Virus record (IMG/VR): IMGVR_UViG_3300023116_006877
Length of the DNA stretch: 64,000 nucleotides
Direction: 5' to 3' (one strand)
Origin: an uncultured virus (IMG/VR IMGVR_UViG_3300023116_006877)
Lineage: Duplodnaviria; Heunggongvirae; Uroviricota; Caudoviricetes
Each line of letters starts with the position of its first letter. Position 1 is the stretch's first letter. The notes below the pieces were generated by a model that had not been told where the DNA came from, ran no database searches, and worked only from the letters and a program-made list of their open reading frames with translations. A program made the position numbers and the translations under genes. Positions 1 through 10,134 of the stretch are shown here, one piece after another.

Positions 1-454
1 TGATATTACCTGATGTTGTAATAGCACCACCTGATCCAATTGTGACTACTGGAACACTATTGTAGGCTATTTTTACATCATTGGCGCCAACAGAACCAAT
101 CACCGAATTAGTGGCACCACCTTCAATGAAAGTAGAAGCACCGTCTGTTCTATCTAACACCAATAATGCGTTTGCACTGGTGTTTTCTATTTCTACTTGG
201 TATGCTGGAGAAGTGGTTCCAATTCCCACCCTGTTGTTCGCTGAATCAATGTGTAAGGTGTTTGTGTCAACGGTCAATCCCGTTGACGTTACCGTTCCGG
301 CTACCTGTAATGCTGTTGTGGGTTCTGAAGTACCAATACCTATACGACTGTTTGTGACGTCGAGATATAATAGGTTTGTTTCAAATGCAAGGTCGACGCC
401 ATTCCTGGTTAGGTTTGACTTTAGTACCGACCCCGATATACGACCAATGGCCAT
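1..454 (-). CDS. Virion fibre/structural protein, N-terminal part (runs off the left edge; absent from the ORF track)
   Basis: ATG at 454 after an AGGAG RBS; reads MAIGRISGSVLKSNLTRNGVDLAFETNLLYLDVTNSRIGIGTSEP..., paralogous to the N-termini of 2045..4159 and 6358..10029. Confidence 0.8.
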   Translation of the reverse strand, partial: MAIGRISGSVLKSNLTRNGVDLAFETNLLYLDVTNSRIGIGTSEPTTALQVAGTVTSTGLTVDTNTLHIDSANNRVGIGTTSPAYQVEIENTSANALLVLDRTDGASTFIEGGATNSVIGSVGANDVKIAYNSVPVVTIGSGGAITTSGNI

Positions 455-554
455 ACAAGGTACTCCTTTTATAATTTTATATCACGAAACATATGTTTCG
501 AGAGCCCTATTACATAGTGGGCCAAACTGTACGTGTATTTAGTTATTATAAATG

Positions 555-581
555 AAAAGGGCGACACAAAGGCCGCCCTTT
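555..581 (-). terminator. Intrinsic terminator
   Basis: AAAGGGCG...CGCCCTTT stem with a U-tract on the minus strand, downstream of 609..1934. Confidence 0.75.
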
Positions 582-608
582 AAACTACTTAGGAATTAGT
601 ATTACTTA

Positions 609-1934
609 TTAGTTGTTTGTTCTAACAACACAATTTACCAAACCAATTTCATTAGTGAACTTGTCTTCCAAAGCTCTACCAATCACGTGGAATGGGTTGA
701 TTGTTTCACCTTCTACTACTGCTCTAGCAGTACCTTTGATAGATGAACTTACTAATCTGTCACCTTTGCTGACTTGACCTGTAACTCTCACTGGAGTTCT
801 ACCTGTCATTGCCACAAATGGGTGAGTTGCGTTGCTACCTGCCGCATTGTTCATCATGTATGCTGGTTGAGTTGAAATAACACCAAAAACTCTGTCTGAT
901 AATTCTTGACTAGTTTCTGTGATTTCCGCTGTACCACCCAACATGACTACTGCGCCTGCTTCTATTTCTGTATCTGCTTCAAATCTTTCAGCGATGTCGG
1001 CGTATTGAGCCGTTGTTGCTGTCGCTTCAATGATGTTACATCTGATGTCAGCCAGTGTGAAGTCCGTGTTCGGAGTCTCACTACCCTCGTCGTGTACAGA
1101 AGCCATTGCTGTGAATGTTCCTCCAAGACCAGAACCACCTGTTACAGCATACTCTTCATCCCATACAAAGTAAGGATCTAATTCAGTTGCTGTAGAACCA
1201 GTACCTCTGTGTAAGTGTAATCCAGAGAATCTTGGCATGTTGGCCGCCGCTGATATATTTGAGTTTGTTGAAATGATCGCATCTTCCACTGTTAAGTTTT
1301 GTGAATTGATGATTGTTTCAGTTCCTTCTACAGTCAAGTTACCAGATATAGTAACTGAATCTGCGAATGAAGTCGCACCAGTTACGGCTAATGTACCTGC
1401 CACTGATGTGTTTCCGTTTGTTGCGTTCACAGTTAATTTGTTTGATGCAACATCAAAGTTACCGTCAACTCCTACTGCACCAGTAAAGTTACCATCCGCA
1501 CCGTTAATTGAACCTGTTGTTGTTAGGTTTTCATTATCGAACGAAATAGCACCTGATGAATCAGTGATTGATCCATTAGCAAGTGTCAAGTTACCGACAG
1601 TTGTGCCTGTTGCAAAACTACCTGTGCTTGTTGCTGTTAATGTACCAGTTACTGTCGCACCTGATGAGTTCACAACTACTACTGAGTTATTGTCAGCAGT
1701 TAATGTGATAGCGCCGTCTGATCCTGTGTCAGTTACTGCTACCGAACTGTCTAATTGTGAAATACTGTTTTGTGATAGACCCGCTAATGAGTCGTCCACA
1801 TATTTCTTGTTGGCCACATCACCGTCAGCACTTGGTGCCGCAGTGGCTAGACCTGTAATGGTATTTGCAGATGCATCAATAGTGATGTCACCCACTGTAA
1901 GACCATTGTTTACTCTAAAGTTTCTTGTTGTCAT
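609..1934 (-). CDS. Tail fibre-like protein with C-terminal peptidase G2-like intramolecular chaperone domain
   Basis: Thr/Gly/Ser-rich beta repeats, DVANKKYVD motif; C-terminal AQYADIAE...GVISTQPAYMMN...GRTPVRV...IGRALED. Confidence 0.65.
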   Translation of the reverse strand: MTTRNFRVNNGLTVGDITIDASANTITGLATAAPSADGDVANKKYVDDSLAGLSQNSISQLDSSVAVTDTGSDGAITLTADNNSVVVVNSSGATVTGTLTATSTGSFATGTTVGNLTLANGSITDSSGAISFDNENLTTTGSINGADGNFTGAVGVDGNFDVASNKLTVNATNGNTSVAGTLAVTGATSFADSVTISGNLTVEGTETIINSQNLTVEDAIISTNSNISAAANMPRFSGLHLHRGTGSTATELDPYFVWDEEYAVTGGSGLGGTFTAMASVHDEGSETPNTDFTLADIRCNIIEATATTAQYADIAERFEADTEIEAGAVVMLGGTAEITETSQELSDRVFGVISTQPAYMMNNAAGSNATHPFVAMTGRTPVRVTGQVSKGDRLVSSSIKGTARAVVEGETINPFHVIGRALEDKFTNEIGLVNCVVRTNN

Positions 1935-1981
1935 GGTTCCATATCTCCCGCATGATTGTTGTTATTATTAATGTAAGGAAT

Positions 1982-2019
1982 AAAAAAACCCCCTACAGTG
2001 TTATTTACCGCAGGGGGTT
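1982..2019 (-). terminator. Intrinsic terminator with a late promoter TAAATA in its loop
   Basis: Minus strand AACCCCCTGCGGT-AAATAAC-ACTGTAGGGGGTT followed by a T run. Confidence 0.75.
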
Positions 2020-2044
2020 ATTTTTTTAATGTTTAGTTATTATA

Positions 2045-4159
2045 TTATACGCCGATCAATGAATATTGAACTTTAGCACCAGTGCCGCCACCAGTACTAG
2101 TTGCTTGAATATTCACTGTGTTCGAACCATCGTGTGTTGCAGTAAATGTTGCCATGTCTGCACCACTAGTGTTCGTGATACCGTATACTGATATAAACGC
2201 AGTTGTGCCATTGTGTACAACGTGTGCTTTCTGTATGCTGTATTCACTGTTTCCAGCGTCAGTTAATTGGATAGTCAATTCAGCCGATCTGTAATCACCA
2301 GCGTTGAAGCTCATGATCGTAGTTGCTGTTGATTCAAAGTTAACCGTAGCCGTTTCAGATCTCTTAACACCACCTGAAGCCAATGCAGTATTGTCAGCAC
2401 CTGTGATAGCAAATATTCTTGCGCCTGAGTGAGGAGCAGAAGTAAATGTTATGTTTGTGCCTGATACTGTGTAGTTTTCAGTTGGTTCTTGGTATACGTT
2501 GTCAATGTAAACAAACACGTTGTTTGCGTTAGCCGGAGCCTCTGCAAAGAAACCTGTGAATGTTGTTGTTGACCCATCACCTGTAGTTGATGCTTTGCTG
2601 AATATTGGCGTGTCGCCTGCCACAGCAAATTGAACCCAAGTAGAACCATCGATAGAACCTTCATAAGCACCAAAATTTGTGTTAAATCTTAAAACACCAG
2701 TTGATGCTGATGGTCTTTCAGCAGTTGTACCTACTGGTAATGCAATCGCATCTGTGTTTTGACTCATATCCACAAAGTATTGAGGATTGCTTGTGCCAAG
2801 ACCTATTCTGTCGTTACCTGCGTCAGCATATATCAAGTGTGATACTGTGTCACCTTCAACTCTGAAGTCAACGTCAGCACCCAACTCGTTGAACACAACT
2901 CCTGAACTTGCCGCACCGTTAATTACTAAATCACCTGTGCTGTTGCCTATTGTTGTGTTTGTGCCATCGTGTGCAATTGTGAAGTCATCGCCTGCACCAA
3001 CTGAGAAGTTTGTGCTGTCTGCGTTTACTTTCAATGTGCTTGATGTTTCTGCTGTTGTGAACACTGCTGATGAAGCCGAAGCCGCACCAATTGTTGCACC
3101 ATCGATTGAACCACCATTGATGTCAGTAGTTGTTAACACTGAACTAGGTATTGTGATAATACCTGTTGAGTCAGCAATCGTTGCCGCTTCTGTGCCATCT
3201 GCCGCTGATATAGAACCTGTTTCTACATCTGTTCCAGTGATCACACCTGCTTTGAAAGCCGCATAACTGTCGATAGTTACGTTACCTGCTGTTGTTCCAT
3301 CTTCTCCTGATGTCACAGCAACAGCGAATTGGTCTGCTGATTCGTCCCATACGAATGAAACGTTGTCCAATGATCCCCTGTTGAATAATAGACCTTGGTC
3401 AAATGTGTTGGCAGATCCACCTGAATTGTTTTTCGCCAATGTCAAGAACGGATCTTCAATTACTAATGTTTCTGAATCTACAGTAGTAGTTGTTCCTGAT
3501 ACTGTCAAGTTACCGCCAACTGTGACGTTTCCTGATGTATCTATTGTTGTAAATGTACCAGCCGCCGCTGTTGTACCACCGATGATCACACCGTCCATAG
3601 TACCATCACCACCAGTGTCAGTGATTGAAACTGTTGCGCCGCTAACTGTTAAACCAGTCGCCGCCGAACTTGCTCCAATGTCTACACCGTCGATTGTTCC
3701 AGCATCGATGTCTACTTTTGAAATGTTTACTTCTCCAGTTCCATCCGGTGTGATGTTGATGTCTGCATTACTGCCTGAAGCAGAGATAATGCTTTGACTG
3801 TTGACATCCAAATCACCACCTAATTGAGGTGTTGTGTCTTCCACAACGTTGTCAAGTGATGATCCACCTGCTGTCATGTTCTGCCAAGTGCCGTTAGCAT
3901 AACCTTCCAATTGAGTGGTATCCGTGTTGTATCTGATATCACCGTTGGCTGGTGTGCCTCTCTCCGCTGTTGTTCCAGACGGTAGTCTTAATGCACCTGT
4001 GTCGTTAATGTGTAATTTTCTTGATGGACTTGCTGTTCCCACACCCACAAATGAGTTGGTAACGTCAAGTACTAATAGATTAGTTTCAAACGCTAAATCT
4101 GTGCCAGACCTTAAAAGGTTGGCTTTTAACATTTGTCCTGATATTCTTCCTATTGCCAT
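2045..4159 (-). CDS. Virion structural/fibre protein
   Basis: MAIGRISG N-terminus, LPSGTTAER...IRYNT modules, TTPQLGGDLDVN and TGDGSTTTF modules typical of marine T4-like virion proteins. Confidence 0.7.
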   Translation of the reverse strand: MAIGRISGQMLKANLLRSGTDLAFETNLLVLDVTNSFVGVGTASPSRKLHINDTGALRLPSGTTAERGTPANGDIRYNTDTTQLEGYANGTWQNMTAGGSSLDNVVEDTTPQLGGDLDVNSQSIISASGSNADINITPDGTGEVNISKVDIDAGTIDGVDIGASSAATGLTVSGATVSITDTGGDGTMDGVIIGGTTAAAGTFTTIDTSGNVTVGGNLTVSGTTTTVDSETLVIEDPFLTLAKNNSGGSANTFDQGLLFNRGSLDNVSFVWDESADQFAVAVTSGEDGTTAGNVTIDSYAAFKAGVITGTDVETGSISAADGTEAATIADSTGIITIPSSVLTTTDINGGSIDGATIGAASASSAVFTTAETSSTLKVNADSTNFSVGAGDDFTIAHDGTNTTIGNSTGDLVINGAASSGVVFNELGADVDFRVEGDTVSHLIYADAGNDRIGLGTSNPQYFVDMSQNTDAIALPVGTTAERPSASTGVLRFNTNFGAYEGSIDGSTWVQFAVAGDTPIFSKASTTGDGSTTTFTGFFAEAPANANNVFVYIDNVYQEPTENYTVSGTNITFTSAPHSGARIFAITGADNTALASGGVKRSETATVNFESTATTIMSFNAGDYRSAELTIQLTDAGNSEYSIQKAHVVHNGTTAFISVYGITNTSGADMATFTATHDGSNTVNIQATSTGGGTGAKVQYSLIGV

Positions 4160-4201
4160 TTTATTTCTCCAAACTTTGGTTTTTTTGTGTTATAACGCAG
4201 G

Positions 4202-4238
4202 TATTTATTAAAGATCTTGATTTTTAACCAGTTAAATA
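4202..4238. promoter_or_regulatory. Divergent pair of late promoters (TAAATA)
   Basis: tattta 4202-4207 (minus) and taaata 4233-4238 (plus) between divergent genes. Confidence 0.55.
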
Positions 4239-4253
4239 GTAAAATATACAAAT

Positions 4254-4802
4254 ATGAATTCCACCATTGTATCCGTTATAGGAAATAGAGCATTTGACTA
4301 TGAAAACGAGTCAATTTCGTCGTTAAGTGCTATTATTTCTAGCGGATCCACAAACAAATTAACAAAGTGTCAATACGCAGTCACGACCATGGACAGCAGG
4401 ATTCAGGACCTATTGAACACTAAAATTTTAAATGACACAAGAATACTGACCACAGCATCATTGCACAAAAAATATGTGTTTTTTGATCGTGTGGACGAGT
4501 TGCCAACTTTTCCATTCTTAAAGGGACAAAAGGATTCGGTTGGTTCGTATTCCGAGCAGTTGTTATCACTTTTGTTGGCTGTCTGGCTGGAATACAAAAA
4601 AATTTATCTTTTTGCCTATGACATAGAGGATCTAGAGGAGAGAGCAAATCTGATCAGTGTGTTGGCCAATAATCCGCACACGGAAATAGTGTATGTGAGG
4701 AAACCCAATCCCAATAAGATATTCCTGTTTGATTCGTATGAAAATATGTCTATTATAGATTACAAAGAGTTTGACGAGATAGCCTATGACGGAAAAAAAT
4801 AA
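4254..4802 (+). CDS. Hypothetical protein, distant paralogue of 17904..18533 (Maf/DUF115-like fold?)
   Basis: VSVIGN and LAVWLEYKKIYLFAYD parallel AFVLGNG and LACDHGHKQIYILGFD. Confidence 0.45.
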   Translation: MNSTIVSVIGNRAFDYENESISSLSAIISSGSTNKLTKCQYAVTTMDSRIQDLLNTKILNDTRILTTASLHKKYVFFDRVDELPTFPFLKGQKDSVGSYSEQLLSLLLAVWLEYKKIYLFAYDIEDLEERANLISVLANNPHTEIVYVRKPNPNKIFLFDSYENMSIIDYKEFDEIAYDGKK

Positions 4803-5160
4803 AGAACAAGTACATCTAAAATATCATCTCGTGGTCAAGTGGCCCGAAGTGTGCCGTAACAGAAATTTAGAAATAATGGCCGAAAGACCCGACCTCGTAC
4901 AACAGATGAACAATTTTAGGATAAAATTAAACAATGTGTGTAAGTTGATAGTGAAGAAACAATTCAGGATTGACTCTAATCATAATCTTCATGGTGTGAG
5001 CCTTTGGCTTGAATCAGGGCAGGACACCTATGACTTCATAATTAGACAACCGGAGTTCAATTGGGAGATCGTGCCCGAGTTGGGAGTCGTTAGTTATGTC
5101 ACAGGAGATTTTAAGAAATACAATATTGTTTATACACCCAGCGGAATAGTGATAGATTAG
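4786..5160 (+). CDS. Hypothetical protein
   Basis: 124-aa ORF overlapping the end of the previous gene. Confidence 0.55.
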   Translation: MTEKNKEQVHLKYHLVVKWPEVCRNRNLEIMAERPDLVQQMNNFRIKLNNVCKLIVKKQFRIDSNHNLHGVSLWLESGQDTYDFIIRQPEFNWEIVPELGVVSYVTGDFKKYNIVYTPSGIVID

Positions 5161-6206
5161 TCAGCAAACCCGTGCATGATCACAATCCTTGCATCATTGT
5201 GGGGTGCTTCGATTACTGAATCTCCACCTGTGAATGATAGAGTAGTTCCTGATATAGTGTAATTGGTGTTTGGTTCTTGCATCACTCCATCAACATAAAC
5301 TATAACATTTTTTTCATCAGTTGGTATGACACTCATAGTGAATTGAGTGGTGCTACCATCACCAGTGAAAACATCTTTGGTTATGTTTGCGGCTTCTGTG
5401 GATGTTCTAAGGTTGGTCCATGTGCTACCATCTTCCGAAACTTCGTACTTTCCGGTTTCGTTGTTGAATCTTATGATACCTTCTTGTGCTGTTGGTCTTT
5501 GGGCAGTGGTACCTGTGGGAACAACTATCGCACTTTCGGAATTGAAAACAAAGTTACCTGTGCCCGAAGTATCTAAAGTAAAATCGGCATTGGTTGTATC
5601 TTGATTTATAGTTGATCCTGTGAATGTGAAATTACCGGTATCTGCACTTCCTCCAACACTTAGGTTTTGCAAACCAATCTGTCCTGTGTACCTACCGCCG
5701 GAAATGTAGACTGATTTTCCTGTAAAATCTACACCGTTGGGTAGGTTGGATCCAATAAAGTGTATCACTCCTGACTGATAGTCAAAGAACCATTCGTCGT
5801 TGTTGCCTGATCCTGTGGCGAACACCTGTGTGCCCGATGCCGCGGCATTGCCCGCATCGCCGGATGTATGGATGTAAACTTTTACTTGATATGTGGATCC
5901 AAATTCCGGTGGGATCCAATCAGTCAAATTTGTTTTCCATGTCCTGTTGGCTTCTGCTGTGGTATTGTCCACTACACATTCTGTTGGTGCTGACGTTGTA
6001 TATACTGTGACAACTCCCGATGATGACACCGGCATAACTCCCGGTATCGATGACGCCTGATTCCATGTTTTATCACCTCTTAACAGTAAAGGAGAAGCAA
6101 TAGATTCGTTTGGTGCTTTTTTGTTGGCATTGGTATCTGTTTTGGTTACACCGTAACCAATCTTCTTCCAAAGATAATCAACTTTTTTTGCGTCGGTTAT
6201 TGCCAT
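5157..6206 (-). CDS. Virion structural protein
   Basis: PTGTTAQRP...IRFN module and C-terminal FTGDGSTTQF...VYVDGVMQEP module shared with neighbouring genes. Confidence 0.65.
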   Translation of the reverse strand: MAITDAKKVDYLWKKIGYGVTKTDTNANKKAPNESIASPLLLRGDKTWNQASSIPGVMPVSSSGVVTVYTTSAPTECVVDNTTAEANRTWKTNLTDWIPPEFGSTYQVKVYIHTSGDAGNAAASGTQVFATGSGNNDEWFFDYQSGVIHFIGSNLPNGVDFTGKSVYISGGRYTGQIGLQNLSVGGSADTGNFTFTGSTINQDTTNADFTLDTSGTGNFVFNSESAIVVPTGTTAQRPTAQEGIIRFNNETGKYEVSEDGSTWTNLRTSTEAANITKDVFTGDGSTTQFTMSVIPTDEKNVIVYVDGVMQEPNTNYTISGTTLSFTGGDSVIEAPHNDARIVIMHGFAD

Positions 6207-6211
6207 TTTTA

Positions 6212-6358
6212 TTATTTTCCTTGTCCGTTATACATTTTCCAATTACGTTTTTTGTGCTTGTTCATTGAACCGAACTTAACACTTCTTTTTCTTTTTGACT
6301 GAGAAGTTTTTTTATAACTTGCCGTTCTCATCTCAAAATTTTTGTGCATCTTTGCCAT
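6212..6358 (-). CDS. Small highly basic protein, 48 aa (absent from the ORF track)
   Basis: MAKMHKNFEMRTASYKKTSQSKRKRSVKFGSMNKHKKRNWKMYNGQGK; TAATG coupling to the upstream gene; fills the intergenic gap. Confidence 0.7.
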   Translation of the reverse strand: MAKMHKNFEMRTASYKKTSQSKRKRSVKFGSMNKHKKRNWKMYNGQGK

Positions 6359-9300
6359 TAACTTATGCTCAGTGCTGTCACACTGTCTCCTGATTCTAAT
6401 TTTATTCTTACTAATATATTATTTCCTGTTGCATTTGATCCATTTTCTGCACCCAATGTCAAAGTAAATGATTGTGAAGAATAACTCACACCATCTAAAA
6501 TTCTATCTCCAGATGTGAATGCACATCCGTTGGATCCGTTACCACCTGCACCTGTGTTCGCTCCCGGAACTCCCGAACCACCATACGCCACCGATGCGTC
6601 CAACCAACCATTCAGTGTTGATGCCGAATCGATCGCTGTGCCCGGAGCCGCTATGTAGAAACCCGAAACAGTGCCTGTCAGTGTCACATTGAAGTTGGCC
6701 ATTGATGCTCGTCTGAAAGCAAACGTGTAGTATTGTGCACCTGTGTCTGATGACTTGTCAGGTCCCGCAGGTAGGTATCCAGAACTGTAATTTGTGGTAT
6801 CGTGCTGTATTGTACCAGTACTGGTACTTGTTGGTCGAACTATCGCTTCTTGGGTTCCTGCCACGGTCACTGCACCGGTCCATGCATTATTTGTGTAGTA
6901 GTCGGCATTTGAGAAGGACGGTGTGTCCGAAGCGGAACCCAATCCGCTTATTCGCACAGCATCGTCGTCGTGTGTTGCTCCTAAAGAGTCACTGACGAGG
7001 ATACCACCCTGATCTTTGTTTAGACCTCCCGGTGTTGCTGTGAAAACTTGTATCATTGTTGAGTCCTCTGAGTAAGCGCCATCGCCGTTACAGTTGGCGG
7101 ATCTTGCTTTGATAGTAGAAACAGAGAACATTGATGAACTTGTTAATGGTGCTGTTAATGTGCCCAATGTGTAAGGAGATGATACTCCTGTGTCCACATT
7201 CGGTATGCCTCCTGTCAACATAGTACTTGATCCATCTACATTGGCATATGTGAAATTTAAATTAGAAATAATGGAACCAGAACCCTCGGACACAGTGCCC
7301 GGATCAATTTCGTGTGGATCGGAAATGTCTGCGTATGCCTGTCCTGTGAAGTTTGATACTGTGGTACCGGTCACCGTTAAAGTTGGTGAACCCGAATCAT
7401 AATAAGGAATTCCAGAAATATACTCGTACGTACCGGCTGTACCTTCTGCCACTGTACCGATTGTTGTTGTAGGGGTTGCTGTGATGTCATCTCGAACCAC
7501 ATAAACTAGGTTGGTATTTCCTGTTGCTGTGTGTTCCAATCTCTGAGCATTTGAACCCACTGTGTAACCTGATAAATTTTTTGTGATTTTTGCTGAAGCA
7601 ACCAGAAACAATCTCTGAGGATATGTGCTATCCACAGTGTCATAGTCCACATTAGATGTCACAACTAAACTTGTGAATGTGCCGGTCTCACCTTCTGCCG
7701 TTGTGAATGCTTTGCTTCCATCTGCTGAAGCATTGATTGCCGCTGACAGTGTGCCCGATGCCCCGTTGTAGAAATTGCTCGCCACTGATGTGTCAATTGT
7801 GGTCGTGGTTGTGTATCTTCTCGCAGTAGTTGTGTTCAACGAATCACCCGCCGATTGTGAAGTGAATGATGATGTGTTGTCATCAAACCCAGCACACAGT
7901 TTTGGTGAAGTTCCCTGTACGGAATCAACCAACGTGATTGATTTTGTGGTTAGGTCCGCCGGAGCCGCCGGTGTTGATTTCATTGTCCAATTTATAGTTT
8001 CTTCGTCGTCCTGTTCTATGGTATCGGGGGTGCCGTGTGCTCGGAATCTTGTTGTGAACGCTCCAGCACCGGTTCCTGTGAAATCTTTATCTATTGTGGC
8101 CGCGATGGTTCCTGCCGACGATCCGTCCTCTGTTATATTAACTATGTCTGTTGAGTCATCAAAATAATCATAATCATAATCATCAGCATTCTGTGATGTA
8201 TTTGTAAATCTTGTTAACGATCTCACATTGCCGTCTAGATCTGTTGTGTCGTACAATGTGTATTGATTGTCTCCGGATCCAGTTGAAACAGTCACCGCGG
8301 TAGCGGCTATGTTTGCTCTAACATCTGGTTCCACAACGATCTGTGTGATTGCTGATTGGAAAGGTGTTGTTGAATGTCCTGTGGCCAAACTTAATTGTAC
8401 ATCATAAGTTTGTGTTGTTCCTGCTGATTGCTCTCCGGAGCTCAAATTAAATGTGTTAGCGATGGTCTGTCCTGTGTCACCCGTACCACCAGAACCAACA
8501 TTGACATTGGTTGCTGATGCACCTTCACCAAAATCCCACGAGTATATGTTCGAAGTAAACACAGATTGTGATCCCGGATCGGTGTCTGTGCCATTGATGA
8601 ACGTGACCGGAAAACCACTAGTGGATTCTTCGTTGATACCTCTCAGTGTGGAATCGGCTATGTCAATTTTTGGTGTGTGTGTTGAGTAAACATCAAAATT
8701 CTTGTCTGTTGACTTTGGTATCTCGGCCGGATCGGCTGTTGAGTGTGTCAATAGAGTTAATCTTATTCTGTAACGAGTATCACCTGCTCCTGTACCTGCC
8801 ACTGTGCTTCCGTCATCCGCCGCAGAGTTTGTATAAGTGTGTGATAGTCTTGATCCCGAAACACCGCCCGCCGCGGAGTCTGAAGCGATAGTTTCTGAAT
8901 TTCCATCTCCCCAATCGACTTCATAAGTGACTGTGGCACTGGTTGTATTTGTTGTTGTGTTTTCTAGGTACACAGTTGATCCACTATCTGATTTAGTGAT
9001 TGCTGAACCACCGGACGATGCCGCATATATGAAAAAGTTTGTTGCCGGAGCCGCGGTATAGATAACAATGTATCCTGATCTTGTTTTTGTGGCAAACGAT
9101 CCCGCGGAGTTTGTCACAGCACCGCTGGCATATGCTCTCACAGTCACATCAAAAGGTGATCCCACGTTTGATGAATAGGTATGACTTGGTGTAGAATCAG
9201 TTGTTGCTGTGGTCACGTTGCCGTCTCCCCAATCAATGTTGTATCTATCTGCACCACCTCCCACATGAGTGATTGTGAGTGTGACCACTAGACCTGCTGA

Positions 9301-10029
9301 TCCTGTGGTAACATCTGCTGTAAAGTCTACTGTTTGTACATAGGTGCCTTCACGAATATTTTCCATTGTTTCATTGAGAGCCGCGATCGCTTCAGTGACG
9401 CTGTCGGCAGAGCCAATCTGTGTGTATGCTCCATCAGTGAATGATGTTTCTACTGTGTTGGAATTAGTATCGTTGAAATCGCCGGGTGTTCCCAGAGACA
9501 GTGACTGACCATCTGCTATCGATGATGCATTTGCGGTAAAATATCTTTTGGTGACTAGGTCGTCATCTCCCACAGGATCGGCCGCCTGTATTTTTGCTAG
9601 AGTTACTCCAGTTAAATCTTGTCTGGTAGATCCATCCGATGTGGTTGTTCCCACTCGGAAAACATCCAATGATTCATCCCAGTACAGAACTGCCGGATCA
9701 CTTGCTCCACCTCTGTTGATCATTATACCAGCATCGGTTGCCGCGGAATTGTTGGAATTTATAACCAGTAGATTATCTTCAACAACTAAATTTTGTGAAT
9801 CTACTGTGGTCGTGGTACCTACAACTGTTAAATCACCGTTTATGGAAACATTATTTCTAAAATTTGCTAGTCCATTAACGTCAAGCGTGTATCCCGGTGA
9901 GTCTGTGCCAACACCTAATCGATTGTTGTTGACATCTAAATATAGTAAATTGGTTTGAAATGCTAAATCTACCCCTTCTCTAACGAGGTTAGATTCTAAC
10001 ATATTGCCAGGTATTCGTTGTATTGCCAT
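6358..10029 (-). CDS. Large virion protein with PKD/Ig-like domains
   Basis: MAIQRIPG N-terminus; YNIDWGDGN..SHTY, YEVDWGDGN and YSWDFGEG PKD-type motifs. Confidence 0.7.
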   Translation of the reverse strand: MAIQRIPGNMLESNLVREGVDLAFQTNLLYLDVNNNRLGVGTDSPGYTLDVNGLANFRNNVSINGDLTVVGTTTTVDSQNLVVEDNLLVINSNNSAATDAGIMINRGGASDPAVLYWDESLDVFRVGTTTSDGSTRQDLTGVTLAKIQAADPVGDDDLVTKRYFTANASSIADGQSLSLGTPGDFNDTNSNTVETSFTDGAYTQIGSADSVTEAIAALNETMENIREGTYVQTVDFTADVTTGSAGLVVTLTITHVGGGADRYNIDWGDGNVTTATTDSTPSHTYSSNVGSPFDVTVRAYASGAVTNSAGSFATKTRSGYIVIYTAAPATNFFIYAASSGGSAITKSDSGSTVYLENTTTNTTSATVTYEVDWGDGNSETIASDSAAGGVSGSRLSHTYTNSAADDGSTVAGTGAGDTRYRIRLTLLTHSTADPAEIPKSTDKNFDVYSTHTPKIDIADSTLRGINEESTSGFPVTFINGTDTDPGSQSVFTSNIYSWDFGEGASATNVNVGSGGTGDTGQTIANTFNLSSGEQSAGTTQTYDVQLSLATGHSTTPFQSAITQIVVEPDVRANIAATAVTVSTGSGDNQYTLYDTTDLDGNVRSLTRFTNTSQNADDYDYDYFDDSTDIVNITEDGSSAGTIAATIDKDFTGTGAGAFTTRFRAHGTPDTIEQDDEETINWTMKSTPAAPADLTTKSITLVDSVQGTSPKLCAGFDDNTSSFTSQSAGDSLNTTTARRYTTTTTIDTSVASNFYNGASGTLSAAINASADGSKAFTTAEGETGTFTSLVVTSNVDYDTVDSTYPQRLFLVASAKITKNLSGYTVGSNAQRLEHTATGNTNLVYVVRDDITATPTTTIGTVAEGTAGTYEYISGIPYYDSGSPTLTVTGTTVSNFTGQAYADISDPHEIDPGTVSEGSGSIISNLNFTYANVDGSSTMLTGGIPNVDTGVSSPYTLGTLTAPLTSSSMFSVSTIKARSANCNGDGAYSEDSTMIQVFTATPGGLNKDQGGILVSDSLGATHDDDAVRISGLGSASDTPSFSNADYYTNNAWTGAVTVAGTQEAIVRPTSTSTGTIQHDTTNYSSGYLPAGPDKSSDTGAQYYTFAFRRASMANFNVTLTGTVSGFYIAAPGTAIDSASTLNGWLDASVAYGGSGVPGANTGAGGNGSNGCAFTSGDRILDGVSYSSQSFTLTLGAENGSNATGNNILVRIKLESGDSVTALSIS

Positions 10030-10117
10030 TTTTTATCCTACTACGAGTATATTTATTCTAAATATAGTTTTTAAATCAATAGTTAATTTAATTCATGTAC
10101 ACTACGTTATATGCTAC

Positions 10118-10125
10118 TATAAATA
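10118..10125 (+). promoter_or_regulatory. T4-type late promoter TATAAATA
   Basis: Exact T4 gp55 consensus, 9 nt before the ATG at 10135. Confidence 0.7.
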
Positions 10126-10134
10126 ACTCTATAT

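Noticed and set aside
81..3797. Plus-strand ORFs 81..542, 1237..1971, 2787..3266, 3363..3797 and similar antisense ORFs throughout the window
   Set aside because: Shadows of Thr/Gly/Ser-rich genes on the opposite strand; no RBS and no recognisable motifs
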